Counted from the stretch's first letter, positions 50,901-61,110 are shown. The stretch is 64,000 bases of DNA from an uncultured delta proteobacterium (GCA_963745835.1 CAVUZH010000003.1:704001-768000); one strand, 5' to 3'. The notes: generated by a model from the letters alone, not told the origin. Numbers and translations are program-made.

Positions 50901-51968
50901 ATGATGAGCAGTCGAGTTGTCAAAACGGCCGGTAGAATCATAACCTTCCTCGCCGGATTGCAGATGTTTGCCGGCGCCGGGTTGGCACAAGCACCGTTTT
51001 ACCAAGGCAAAACCATTACGATGATCGTCAGCACAGCGCCGGGCGGGACAGGCGATCTGCGGGTTAAAGCCATGACTCCGGTGCTACGCAAGCATATCCC
51101 GGGTAATCCAGCCATCGCGATGGAGTACATGGACGGTGGCGGCGGTCGAAAAGCCGCTAACTATCTGTTTAGAAACAGCCGCCCTGATGGCCTCACCGTC
51201 GGCGCCCTGAGCGGCGGTATCGTGTCCCTGGAGATCATGCGCGAAAGCGGCGTCATGTATGATCTCGACAAATTTATTTATCTTGGCGCTCCCGAAAGCG
51301 GCGGCCACTACATCATCTATACAAGAAAAGAGCTGGGCTTGAGCAGCATAGAGAAGCTGCGGGCAGGCTCGGGCCTGCGCATCGGCGCGCAATCCGTGGG
51401 ACATGTTTCCTATGTGGCCGGGAGGCTATTCGCTTATTTCCTCGGTCTGAAAGATCCCAAATTCATCGCCGGTTACTCGGCGCCCGAAGTTGACGCGGCT
51501 CTTCTCCGTGGAGAATTAGACGCGAGAGCCAATCTCACCACATCGATGTTGCGCCGCAATCCTGAGTGGGTTGAAAAGAGTTTGATGGATTTCCATTCGA
51601 TCATGGAGGTGCCGTTGGGGGCGAAACATCCGCGTTTTCCGACTGTGCCCGAGATCGAGACCTTCGCCAAATCGGAGCAAGAAAAGAAAGTCCTCGCTGT
51701 CTGGCGAGTCTTCAGGCTGGTGGGTTCTCCTTACATGCTGCCACCAGCAACGCCCAAGGACAAAGTCGATATTCTTCAGGACGCGATGCGCAAAACTCTC
51801 AAGGACGCTGAGTTCCATCGCGAATACAAGAAGCTGGTCGGCGATGACGTCGATCCGTTGATGCCGGAGGAGTTGAGCAAGGCGATTCGAGAGATTCCGC
51901 GGGATCCCGAAGTCATCGAGATGCTCAGAACCCTATCCGGCGCTGGTCCTCTTCCACCGCGTAGTTGA
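50901..51968 (+). CDS. Bug/TctC-like substrate-binding protein (tandem paralog)
   Basis: FYQGKTI, APGGTGD, HIPGNP, RPDGLT; colinear with the upstream paralog. Confidence 0.85.
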   Translation: MMSSRVVKTAGRIITFLAGLQMFAGAGLAQAPFYQGKTITMIVSTAPGGTGDLRVKAMTPVLRKHIPGNPAIAMEYMDGGGGRKAANYLFRNSRPDGLTVGALSGGIVSLEIMRESGVMYDLDKFIYLGAPESGGHYIIYTRKELGLSSIEKLRAGSGLRIGAQSVGHVSYVAGRLFAYFLGLKDPKFIAGYSAPEVDAALLRGELDARANLTTSMLRRNPEWVEKSLMDFHSIMEVPLGAKHPRFPTVPEIETFAKSEQEKKVLAVWRVFRLVGSPYMLPPATPKDKVDILQDAMRKTLKDAEFHREYKKLVGDDVDPLMPEELSKAIREIPRDPEVIEMLRTLSGAGPLPPRS

Positions 51969-51998
51969 TCGGAAACAAGCAAGACGGGGAAACTGCCA

Positions 51999-53498
51999 AT
52001 GGAGATGTCACTGCTCGACGCCGCTATCAAAGGCCTGACGAACATCCTTCATCTTAAAGTTTTCCTCGCCATGATGGTGGGCGTCGGCATCGGCACTTTT
52101 ACCGCGGTGGCGCCACAGGGTCTCGGCATGCCGTTGGTGTACGCGATCCTATTGCCTGTGGTCGTGCGCTGGGAGCCGGTAACCGGCATGGCGCTGCTCA
52201 TCGGAGCGAGCTCCGTGAGCGCGATCTGCGCCGCGTACTTGCCGATTCTATTCGGCATACCCGGCGGTTCAGGCTCTCAAGCGACCGTGCTGGACGGCTA
52301 TCCGATGGGCAAACGCGGCGAAGGGCGGCGCGCCTTAGGCGCCTCTTTTATGGCCGGAGGGATGGGCTGTCTGGTGGGAACTTTTACACTGGCGCTGGCA
52401 ATCCCTGCGGCGCAACCTTTGATCTATCTGATGGGAGCGCCGGAGTTGTTTGTGGTGGTGTTGTGGGGGCTCAGCATGGTCGCAGTCCTGGCCGGCCGGC
52501 GTCCGATTAAGGGACTTATCGCGGCGGTATTTGGCTTGCTGATCGCGACCGTGGGCCAACAGGGGCAGAGCGGTATCATGCGTTTTGTCTTCGACCAGCC
52601 TTATCTCCTCGATGGAATTCCCTTGAGCATCATCGCGCTGGCGCTATTCGGTATTCCCTCGGCGCTGGATCTGGCGTTGACCAAAATCGGCGTAGAGCAA
52701 CAACCCGCGCCTTTAAAGGGCAGCCTGCTTGACGGGGTCAAAGACACTCTGCGCGAGTGGTGGCTGGTGTTGCGCTGCAGCTTTATCGGCGTCTGGGTCG
52801 GTATCGTTCCCGGCATCGGCTCGCAGGTAGTCGATTGGCTTGCCTACGGCCATGCGGCGCAAACCAGCAAGGACGCAAAAAATTTCGGCAAAGGCGATGT
52901 GCGCGGCGTGATCGCGCCGGAGAGCGCCAATGACGCCAAGGACGGCGGCGATCTGGTGACAACCTTGCTGCTGGGATTTCCTCAGGGAGTGGTCACCGCG
53001 TTATTCATAGTCGCGCTATTGGCGTGGGGATATCTACCCGGTCCTGAGATGGTTAAAAAGAACCTCGACATCGTCTATAGCGTGGTCTGGATTCAGGGCA
53101 TCTCCGGCGTGATCGGAACCTTGGTCGGCTTTGTTTTAGCGGCGCAACTGGCCAAACTCGCCGAGGTGCGTTACTCGGTCATGGTGCCGATCATTTTCAT
53201 ATTTGTTCTGATGGGCGCCTTCAGTGTCAACCGTGATCCGATCGATTTGCTTGTGGTCGTGGTGTTCGGAATCATCGGTTATCTGATGAGGCGATTCGGT
53301 TATCCCAGGCCGGCAATGATTCTAGGCCTAGTACTGGGTGGTCTCATGGAGACTTATCTATATCGATCGATGGCGAGCTATGGATTTAGCTGGCTCGCCA
53401 GGCCCTCGGTGATCGTGCTGCTGAGCTTGGCAGCCATCTCTTTTCTTCTGACCATGCGGGCGAGACTGAAGAACTCGCCCAAAGCTCAGGCAGCATAG
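51999..53498 (+). CDS. tctA: Tripartite tricarboxylate transporter permease TctA
   Basis: ILFGIPG, ATVLDGYPM, GIVPGIG, GVIAPESANDA, PAMILGLVLG. Confidence 0.9.
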   Translation: MEMSLLDAAIKGLTNILHLKVFLAMMVGVGIGTFTAVAPQGLGMPLVYAILLPVVVRWEPVTGMALLIGASSVSAICAAYLPILFGIPGGSGSQATVLDGYPMGKRGEGRRALGASFMAGGMGCLVGTFTLALAIPAAQPLIYLMGAPELFVVVLWGLSMVAVLAGRRPIKGLIAAVFGLLIATVGQQGQSGIMRFVFDQPYLLDGIPLSIIALALFGIPSALDLALTKIGVEQQPAPLKGSLLDGVKDTLREWWLVLRCSFIGVWVGIVPGIGSQVVDWLAYGHAAQTSKDAKNFGKGDVRGVIAPESANDAKDGGDLVTTLLLGFPQGVVTALFIVALLAWGYLPGPEMVKKNLDIVYSVVWIQGISGVIGTLVGFVLAAQLAKLAEVRYSVMVPIIFIFVLMGAFSVNRDPIDLLVVVVFGIIGYLMRRFGYPRPAMILGLVLGGLMETYLYRSMASYGFSWLARPSVIVLLSLAAISFLLTMRARLKNSPKAQAA

Positions 53499-53521
53499 GC
53501 GATGCTCAGCGCGGTCCGATC

Positions 53522-53995
53522 ATGAATAACCTATTCACCTATTTTTTATTTTTCATTTTTCTGGCCGCCACAGTGGCGGGTTGGAGCTGGCCCTACATTG
53601 CCAAGTTGATGCCGGTGTATGTTGCCGCGATTCCCGGTTTGATTTTGGTCGTGGCACAGCTTGCGCGTGACGCTTTCGGCAAGGCACCCGCTGCCGAAAC
53701 CGGTGGCGGCTCAATCGATATGGATGAAGTTTATACCGCCCAGCTCGAAAGCAACGTCGAAGTCCGGCGCACCTTGCTCTTCTTTGCCTGGTTCATCGGT
53801 GGGGCACTGGGCATTTGGTTACTGGGGATTGTCATTGCTCTCCCCGTGCTGGTTCTGCTCTATACTCTCATCGAGGGCAAAGAGAGCTGGACTACTTCGT
53901 TGGTGATGACCGCGTGCACCTTTTTACTGATCTGGGGACTCTTCGAATACATGCTGGAAACACGCTGGCCCGCCGGATTGCTGTTCGGCTATTGA
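53522..53995 (+). CDS. TctB-like small membrane subunit
   Basis: Four to five TM segments directly after tctA, C-terminal WPAGLL. Confidence 0.65.
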   Translation: MNNLFTYFLFFIFLAATVAGWSWPYIAKLMPVYVAAIPGLILVVAQLARDAFGKAPAAETGGGSIDMDEVYTAQLESNVEVRRTLLFFAWFIGGALGIWLLGIVIALPVLVLLYTLIEGKESWTTSLVMTACTFLLIWGLFEYMLETRWPAGLLFGY

Positions 53996-54143
53996 CCTCA
54001 CGAACTCTCGAACCTTGCCGTCGTCAACATTTCGTCTGGGCGCGCCCGCCACATATTGGCATCTGCCCATGACCCCTTTACCCATATCTGCGGATCATGT
54101 TAGGTATCGGGGAATAGCTTACAGCGCGACAAGGATAAACAGA

Positions 54144-54878
54144 ATGCAGATCATCGAAAAGGAATTTACCACCAAGGAGCACGGCATCGCCGGTTTCCTG
54201 TCTCATCCCGAACGCAAAACGCCGGGCCCCGCATTGCTTTTGATTCATCCCAAGGGTGGAATGACCGACTACATCAAAATCGAATCACGCAAGTACGCCA
54301 GGCTGGGTTACAGCACGTTTGCTATTAACGTTTTCGAGCAACTCGGCTACCCTGCGGCAACCCACATTGAAACCGGATCACAGATTCAAGCCAAGACCGC
54401 CGATCCCGAATTCACCCGGGTGCTCACCGAGGGCTGGCGCTTTTTGCTTTCGCAGCCGCACGTGAATAAGCAACGAGTAGCGGTGTGCGGTTACTGTATG
54501 GGCGGGCGCATCGCGATTCATTTCGTTGCCGCAACGCCCGAGGTGCGCGCGTTTGTCGGTTACTATCCGACGGTGCGTGACGAACCGACGTCGGCCTTAC
54601 GGCCGGTTCATCCTTCGGAGGCGGTGGGCAAGATTCGTTGCCCGTCAATCGTTTTGTACGGCGCCGACGATGTCACCACGGTTGTGCCGGTGCAGGAAAA
54701 GATGTGGCAGGCATTTAAAAACAACGGTCAGCCCTTGGAGTGGCATTTCTTTCCATTCGGCGGGCACGGTTACGTCGATCCGGGCGCGGTCGGTTATCAC
54801 GCCCACGCCGCTGAGCTGTCGTGGCCGCTGGTGGTGGATTTCATGGAGCGCCAACTTCAGTGGGGCGATGCGGCGTAA
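54144..54878 (+). CDS. Dienelactone hydrolase family protein
   Basis: GYCMGG nucleophile motif, YGADD, GHGY. Confidence 0.85.
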   Translation: MQIIEKEFTTKEHGIAGFLSHPERKTPGPALLLIHPKGGMTDYIKIESRKYARLGYSTFAINVFEQLGYPAATHIETGSQIQAKTADPEFTRVLTEGWRFLLSQPHVNKQRVAVCGYCMGGRIAIHFVAATPEVRAFVGYYPTVRDEPTSALRPVHPSEAVGKIRCPSIVLYGADDVTTVVPVQEKMWQAFKNNGQPLEWHFFPFGGHGYVDPGAVGYHAHAAELSWPLVVDFMERQLQWGDAA

Positions 54879-54940
54879 AGGCGATTTATCAGTCTGTATA
54901 AGTAAATTTAAGCTTCTTAGTAACATTTTGGAGGTGCGCA

Positions 54941-55360
54941 GTGGAAAAGATTAGCAAACCGACTGTCGTCGATACCGAGAAACAAGCTCAATGGGGACGC
55001 GTGACCGGCCGCAATTACATCCGCCCGACGCAGACGGATCGCGCCCATATTGCGCTCAACTGTTACGAGCCGGGAGCGAACGACGAGATGCATTGCCATC
55101 CAGGATCGGATCATACGTTCTTGGTAATCGAAGGCGAGTGCACCATGAAAGGGCTAAACGAGGGCGAAGAATACAAGCTCACCCAGCACCAGGCGGTGCA
55201 TGTGCCGGCGGGTTATTTTTACCAGCTCAACAACACCGGTTCCGGGCGGCTGATTCTTTATCAGGTTAGCACCGAACCCAATCCTAAGCCCAAGATTGGC
55301 AAGGTGCTGTACGGCATCGATACCAGCTTGAAAGAACATCTGCTCGAACCGATCGGCTAA
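54941..55360 (+). CDS. Cupin-domain protein
   Basis: EMHCHPGSDHTFLVIEG, VHVPAG; GGAGG RBS. Confidence 0.8.
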   Translation: MEKISKPTVVDTEKQAQWGRVTGRNYIRPTQTDRAHIALNCYEPGANDEMHCHPGSDHTFLVIEGECTMKGLNEGEEYKLTQHQAVHVPAGYFYQLNNTGSGRLILYQVSTEPNPKPKIGKVLYGIDTSLKEHLLEPIG

Positions 55361-55373
55361 TGCGGAGGAAGAG

Positions 55374-55625
55374 ATGACGTTCGAACAGGTACTACAGTGG
55401 TGTCGTGACAATGGAGCCGATGCCAGAGGAATCTACCGGGCAAGGGACTTCTGGATCCGCCGCTCCGATCGTCTGCCCGATGATTTGCCGGCAATCGGCG
55501 CGCTCTTTCATTGGGATGTGCGGTTGAGCGAAACGCAATTAGCCGTCAGCCCGTCCGATATGGAGCGCATGGTGAACGGTAAGATGACTCTCGAACAATT
55601 CAAAGCCACTCACCGTCGCGGTTGA
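55374..55625 (+). CDS. Hypothetical protein (83 aa)
   Basis: GGAGG RBS; last gene of the operon before the terminator. Confidence 0.6.
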   Translation: MTFEQVLQWCRDNGADARGIYRARDFWIRRSDRLPDDLPAIGALFHWDVRLSETQLAVSPSDMERMVNGKMTLEQFKATHRRG

Positions 55626-55666
55626 TTCTCTCAGCTAGCCAACAAGACACGGTGAGCAATTCACAT

Positions 55667-55698
55667 AAAGCCGCAGCAAGATCCTGCTGCGGCTTTTT
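55667..55698 (+). terminator. Rho-independent terminator
   Basis: AAAGCCGCAGCA-AGATCC-TGCTGCGGCTTTTT. Confidence 0.85.
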
Positions 55699-55816
55699 AC
55701 TTGAGCTCACGAGAGTGCGGCGACAGATTGGCTCGATTGGAGCCAGAGGTGGATGACTGAAGAGCAAGCGCAACTATCGTCATCTTTGGATATACTTTCA
55801 GTCTGCCTTCATCGCG

Positions 55817-55846
55817 TTGACACCTCCGCGGTGCGCACAATACAGT
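55817..55846 (+). promoter_or_regulatory. Possible sigma-70 promoter of grdE/grdB
   Basis: TTGACA-N18-TACAGT about 30 nt before ATG 55875. Confidence 0.45.
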
Positions 55847-55874
55847 CGATATATCGGTAGAAAGCTAAGTTGTT

Positions 55875-57157
55875 ATGGAGCTAACCCTCGCGATTCATCC
55901 GATCACGGCAATTCGCTTCGGTCATTCGACCGGCTTGGACGGAACCTTGCTGGATGTCGCTGCCGAACAGTTGCAAGCACTGCTCCTTGAAGACCAAACC
56001 TTGACCGCGGTGGATTTAGAGATCGCTTGTCCTGGAGAGAGCTGCAGGGCCGGTCCGGTTTTCGATATCATCGAACCGCGTGCCAAGGCCCCGGATTCGA
56101 GTCCTGATTTTCCCGGTATTCTTGGACCGCCGCATACGGCAGGGTTCGGTACAACCCACGTGCTCGAGGGCGCCGCGGTAACAGTGCTGAGGGAAAAATC
56201 TGCCGGAGACTCGCGCGGCGCCATCGGCTATGTCTTGGAGATGAGCGGAGAACCGGCGGCAGGATCCAAGTACAGCTCGTTGCAACATCTGATTATCACG
56301 CCGCATACTCAGCCGGCTCTGGCCGATCATGCCCGGCAAAAAGCCTATCGGCTGGCCGGACTCAAGGCCGCTGTGTATCTCGCGCGCGCTGGATTCGATC
56401 ATGTGCCTAGGTCACGCGCGACGTTTGGGAGTGTCGATCCATCCGCTACAGCACGCGACGGAGTGCCCCGCCTCGCCTATGTCGGACAGATATTTTCGCG
56501 TCAGAGAAAGCCGGTGCTGGACGAGCAGATTCTTTACGGTCTCGGTACCGATGGCATGCTGCCGGTCACACTTCACCCCGACGAATGGCTCGACGGCGCA
56601 GTAGTGCCGTCGTATCACACCTCTCTCGGCGGTGCGGAGACCTATTTCTATCAGAACCATCCGGTCATCACCGAGCTTTACCGGCGCCATGATCAAGGCG
56701 AGCTTAATTTCGTCGGCACGGTGGCAACGATTGCATCGGCTGACAACTTTGATCGCGAGCGCAATTGCCGGTTCGCTGCAAACCTCGTGCGAACGGTTTT
56801 AAAAGCAGATGCGGCGGTACTGACCAAATTTGGCGGCGGCGTTCCTCATACGGATCTATCGGAAACGGCACGTTTGCTGGAAGGAATGGGCATCAAAACC
56901 GCCGTGCAGGTCACCGATCTGGCGCGCGACCGCAGGGTGGAGTCGGCGCTGCTGTTTAATTTTCCGGAAGTCAACGCGATCGTGTGCATCGGCGGCAACA
57001 GCACGCGCTGGAAGGTGCCGCGTGCCGAGCGGGTCATCGCCGCATCACCGGAGTTGAAGGAAGCTGCTCGGCGGAGATCTTGGAACTGGAATCGCTGAAC
57101 GTCGTCGGCATCGCCAATCAGCAGGGAGGATCGCGGCTCCGTGCAATGGTTTATTAA
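55875..57157 (+). CDS. grdE: Glycine/sarcosine/betaine reductase component B proprotein-like subunit (GrdE-like, divergent); frameshift near 57060
   Basis: IACPGE, DIIEPRAK, GTTHVLEG, RLAGLKAAVYL, LHPDEWLDGA, QNHPVITELY..H..LNFVG, GIKT; ends ANQQGGSRLRAMVY* in a shifted frame. Confidence 0.8.
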
Positions 57158-57305
57158 CAGGCTGGTGAAAAAGCCTCATATGCTTCGTTGCGCTTGCTCG
57201 ACTCGCTTCAACGTACTGAAGCGTACGCCTCAGCTCATCGAGCTTCGCGGGCCTTGCCTCTGAGTCTTTTTGACCAGCTGTGATCAGGGTTTTTCAGAGA
57301 CTGGT
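57157..57305. mobile_element. MITE-like intergenic repeat with terminal inverted repeats
   Basis: ACAGGCTGGTGAAAAAG ... CTTTTTGACCAGCTGT, a second outer copy GTTTTTCAGAGACTGGT, and a central CGTAC-TGAAGC-GTACG hairpin. Confidence 0.6.
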
Positions 57306-57350
57306 ACCTATTGGACGTTTTGAACTGACTTGCTTAACAGGAGACCAAGG

Positions 57351-58634
57351 ATGCGAATCGTACATTACCTAAATCAATTCTTCGCGGGAGTCGGCGGTGA
57401 AGAGAAGGCCGGCATGCCGCTCGAAACTCGGGAAGGCGCCGTCGGCCCCGGAAAACTATTCGCACAGCAGATTGGCGGCGACGCAAAGGTGGTGCTGACT
57501 CTGGTATGCGGCGACAATTACGCGGTCGAGAACCAGGATCAGATGATCGCGGTCGCTGTTCAGAAAATTCGCGAAGCCGACGCCGATCTGTTAATCGCCG
57601 GGCCGTGCTTCCAAGCAGGCCGCTACGGCATGGCCGCGGGCGCGCTCTGTTCCGCGGTACAGTCGCAGTTGAACATTCCTGTGCTAGCAGCGATGAGCGA
57701 AGAAAATCCCGGCACCGATCTTTATAGAGAGCTGATGTACATCGTCGACTCGGGCTCCAACGCGGCCAAAATGCGCGAGGCTGTACGAAAGATGGCCGCT
57801 CTGTCACGCAAACTGATCGATAATCAGCCGATTGGCTTGCCCAAAGAGGAAAACTATTTCTCCCGGGGCTTGATTCGAGACCGATTTGTCGAGAAGACGG
57901 CGGGCCAGCGGCTAGTCGATATGGTTCTAGCGAAAGTCAAAGGGGAGGCTTTCGAATCGGAAATGGCGCCGACGACATTTACGCCTGTGCCCATGCCGCC
58001 CGGAGTTAAAGATCTTAAGCGCGCAAAGTTGCTACTGATTACCGACGGTGGGTTAGTCCCCAAGGGCAATCCGGACAGTATCCAAGGCTCGGCTGCTACC
58101 CGCTGGGGATCGTATAAAATCGACGGTTGTGACGATCTCAAAGGCGAAGATTACGAGATATCGCACGGCGGCTACGATCCGCAGTTTGTCTGCCAGGACC
58201 CGGATCGTCTCGTCCCGCTTGATGTCATGCGCGAGCTGGAAAAATCCGGCGCCATCGGCGAGCTGTACGAAGAATTTCTTTCGACTTCGGGTTTGTCCAA
58301 TCCGCTGTCGAATACGCGGCGCATGGGGCGTGAGATGGCCGATAAGGCGAAGCGGCTCGGCATCGATGCGGTGATATTAACCTCGACTTGAGGCACGAGC
58401 ACTCGCAGCGGTGCTGCGATCACCACCGAGTTGGAAAAGGCTGGAATTCCAACCGTGCAGATCACTTCGGCGATGCCGATTGCCAAGATGGTAGGCTCCA
58501 ATCGGCTGGTGCTAGGAAACGGTATCGTCCACGTAGTCGGGGATGCCAAGCTTTCTGCCGAGCAAGAAAAGGAAGTGCGCCGGCAACTGGTTCAAAAGGC
58601 ACTCAACGCGCTCGAGGCAGACAAACCAGAATAA
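57351..58634 (+). CDS. grdB: Glycine/betaine/sarcosine reductase selenoprotein B-like (GrdB), Sec at codon 347 (TGA 58389-58391)
   Basis: MRIVHYLNQFFAGVGGEEKA, AGPCFQAGRYG, DGGLVPKGNPD, HGGYD, DPDRLVPLD; reads through as ILTST-U-GTSTRSGA..EKAGIP..VGSNR in one frame. Confidence 0.9.
58398..58415 (+). promoter_or_regulatory. Candidate bacterial SECIS hairpin
   Basis: AGCACT-CGCAGC-GGTGCT stem-loop starting 7 nt after the UGA. Confidence 0.5.
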
Positions 58635-58772
58635 TGTTTGCAAATGATGGAACGTTGGTGGGGTATGTAGCAGTGCGTTTGGTGTGAAAGCGGGCGAAGC
58701 CTGCCGATCGCCGAGGTTGCCCGGCGAGGCCTTCCGATCGGTTCTAGTAGCAACGCGACCAAAGTCTTGACG

Positions 58773-59813
58773 TTATCTCCACAATTGATCGAAGAATCCT
58801 GACCTTTTCACCTCTTCGACGTAGCGATTGTCGTAATACGCGGTCAGCGGCGTAGCCGATGCCATTTGCGGATCGGCGAGATTGCTCTGCACCATCTGCT
58901 TGACCATACCGCGCAACGCCGCCTCGGGGACCATGCCTTCCTTGGCATAATTTTCGGTCGCGAAGCGATACGATTGTTCCACCATATCGGCGTCACTCAT
59001 GGGCATCCACTTACTCATCACCTTTTTGGTGTATTCCCTGTCCGTCTGGATGATTTTTATCGCCTCCGCCGTGCCCTTGATTGTCTTAATCACGGTGTCA
59101 TTATTTTTTTCGGCAACCGACCGGCGCGCGACGATACCGTTAGTGATAAACGGGGTGAGCTTCGCGAGATCGCTTGGTGAAGCGATCTCATGGTAACCCT
59201 GCTTCTTAAGCTGAAAGTTATACGGCGGTGAGAACACCGCACCGTCCACCGAGCCGCGGCTCAAACCCGCGAAGGCTTCCGGCTGACCGCCCATTTGGAG
59301 AATCGTTACATTCTTGATGCCATAACCATCGATCAAGGTTTGCAGGGCAAAATGCGTCACGGTGCCGAGGCGGCTTACACCGATTTTCTTGCCTGCTATG
59401 TCTTCTGGTTTTTTGATTTCGGATTTCACCATGATCGACTGTGTAAAACGTGGCACCATCGCAGTAATCTGGATGATATCTCCGCCCTTTAGGATATTCG
59501 ATATCACCGCGGGTCCGCCCGATCCGGCCACATCCGCCGCGCCTGATAACATGGCGTTGAACAGCGCCGAAGAGGCGCCGATAAACACCGGGTCAAAGTC
59601 AATTCCGTGTTTCTCAAAAATGCGCGCGTCCTTGGCGACAAACCACGGAAGACAATTGAGACCGATGGGCGAGAATGGAAAAGGAACTTTCTTGAGAGCC
59701 TGCGCCTGGAGCGGAGTGGCGCAAAGCAATGTGGCGACTAGAAAGAAGACAGCGGGTTTGAGACCGGCCCTCAAAAACAAGTAAAAAGACGGAAAATCAG
59801 ACGAGTGTTGCAT
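58773..59813 (-). CDS. ABC transporter substrate-binding protein (NitT/TauT type)
   Basis: Signal peptide; PWFVAKDARIFEKHG, GKKIGVSRLGTVTH, SPP, YYDNRYVEEVKRSGFFDQLW. Confidence 0.85.
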   Translation of the reverse strand: MQHSSDFPSFYLFLRAGLKPAVFFLVATLLCATPLQAQALKKVPFPFSPIGLNCLPWFVAKDARIFEKHGIDFDPVFIGASSALFNAMLSGAADVAGSGGPAVISNILKGGDIIQITAMVPRFTQSIMVKSEIKKPEDIAGKKIGVSRLGTVTHFALQTLIDGYGIKNVTILQMGGQPEAFAGLSRGSVDGAVFSPPYNFQLKKQGYHEIASPSDLAKLTPFITNGIVARRSVAEKNNDTVIKTIKGTAEAIKIIQTDREYTKKVMSKWMPMSDADMVEQSYRFATENYAKEGMVPEAALRGMVKQMVQSNLADPQMASATPLTAYYDNRYVEEVKRSGFFDQLWR

Positions 59814-59900
59814 CTCGGATCCTCCTCTCTTCGTGACGGTTGCTGGTCTAGTACATTCGGCTCGCCACTGTCAATGCTCCCGCGCGATTACGATAGCCCA

Positions 59901-59950
59901 AGATCTCTCACGGAGTTTATCCTGAGTCTCTTCGAAGGCGGGGAATCTCT
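59901..59950. repeat. REP-like intergenic repeat fragment
   Basis: AGATCTCTCACGGAGTTTATCCTGAGTCTCTTCGAAGG has the ATCCTGAG-N5-CGAAGG core I recall from short interspersed repeats; single copy in this window. Confidence 0.4.
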
Positions 59951-60078
59951 CCGACGTGAGAATTCGTGACCAATACAAATGAAGAAGCACGCGATACCAG
60001 GATGGGTGTCCGTCTTGAAACAGGTTGCACGTTTGGAAGGCTTTCACTGTTTGAACTAATCTACTGCTGAGTCGCGAC

Positions 60079-61110
60079 TCAGTTTCCCAACACTTTTTTC
60101 AATCGTTCGATGACCTCCGGCCGCTGGGACATCATTTCCTTGGCCAAAGTTTCCATCTCTTCGCCGGAAGTGTACTCGGCATCGAGCTTCTTGCTTTTCA
60201 CTTCCTCCATGAACGCATTGTCTTTCAACGTCTTGTGGAAAGCCTCGCGGAGGATCCTAACATGTTCGAGACGCACGCCGGGCGGGCCCATGTAGGGACG
60301 TTGAAAGATCTCCGAGGCGGTTACGATTAGGGCTAATCGTCGGCCGATGTCGGGTGTCTTATACTTGTCCATTAACTCATTGAGGGTCGGTACGTCCAGC
60401 AACCGGTTATCTCTATTTTGGCCCAATTGGATGATGGCCCGCACAAAGTTTGTTTTTCTCCAGGTATGAAACGGTTCTCGGCCGAAGAATGCCGTGACGC
60501 TGAACGCGCGGCACTGTAGCTCGCCGCGCTCGACCGCCAAGTCGATCTCATTGCCGCCTTTATATCCCGTGACGATGTTAAACTTGGCGCTGATGGTTTC
60601 GTCCAACAGTCTGGGCACCAGATACCCTGTCGTCCCGGTACCGGTTGCGCCGCACTTGGGCGGTTCTTTGGCACTGCGCACATCTTCCATAGTTTTGAAC
60701 GGCGCATCGGTGCGCATATAAAGCACATCGGTCGTGCGCGAGGCATTACCGATCCAAGCAAATTTGGCCCAATCGAATTTGATTTCCGTTCTGCCAATGA
60801 GCTGGTCAATGTAGAGATTGGGGTTGGGCGCGAGCAACGTTAAACCGTCAGGTTTGGCGACGCCGTAAACGAAATTCGCCGCGACAATATGTCCCGCACC
60901 CGGCATGTTCTGCACCAAAATACTCGGATTACCGGGAATGTTTTTTCCCATATGCGTTGCGATCATGCGTGCGTAAATGTCGAACAGATCGCCGGCCTGG
61001 CTACCGGTGATTATCGTAATCGTCTTGCCCTGATAATAGGGCGTCTGCGCGGCAGTACGGCTGCTCGTCGCGACGACAATTACAAACAAGAAAAGAATTG
61101 CTCTTCGCAT
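60079..61110 (-). CDS. Bug/TctC-like substrate-binding protein
   Basis: YYQGKTI, IPGNPSILVQNMPGAG, KPDGLT, TGYKGG.EIDLAVERGE, RPYMGPPG. Confidence 0.88.
   Translation of the reverse strand: MRRAILFLFVIVVATSSRTAAQTPYYQGKTITIITGSQAGDLFDIYARMIATHMGKNIPGNPSILVQNMPGAGHIVAANFVYGVAKPDGLTLLAPNPNLYIDQLIGRTEIKFDWAKFAWIGNASRTTDVLYMRTDAPFKTMEDVRSAKEPPKCGATGTGTTGYLVPRLLDETISAKFNIVTGYKGGNEIDLAVERGELQCRAFSVTAFFGREPFHTWRKTNFVRAIIQLGQNRDNRLLDVPTLNELMDKYKTPDIGRRLALIVTASEIFQRPYMGPPGVRLEHVRILREAFHKTLKDNAFMEEVKSKKLDAEYTSGEEMETLAKEMMSQRPEVIERLKKVLGN

Noticed and set aside
58389-58634. Treating 57330..58391 and 58431..58634 as two genes or a pseudogene
   Set aside because: They are in one frame and the TGA sits at the known Sec position of GrdB
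45286-59874. Shared TTGACAGTGG 10-mer upstream of the dioxygenase (45286-45295) and the SBP (59865-59874)
   Set aside because: Explained by a -35 hexamer plus four chance matches
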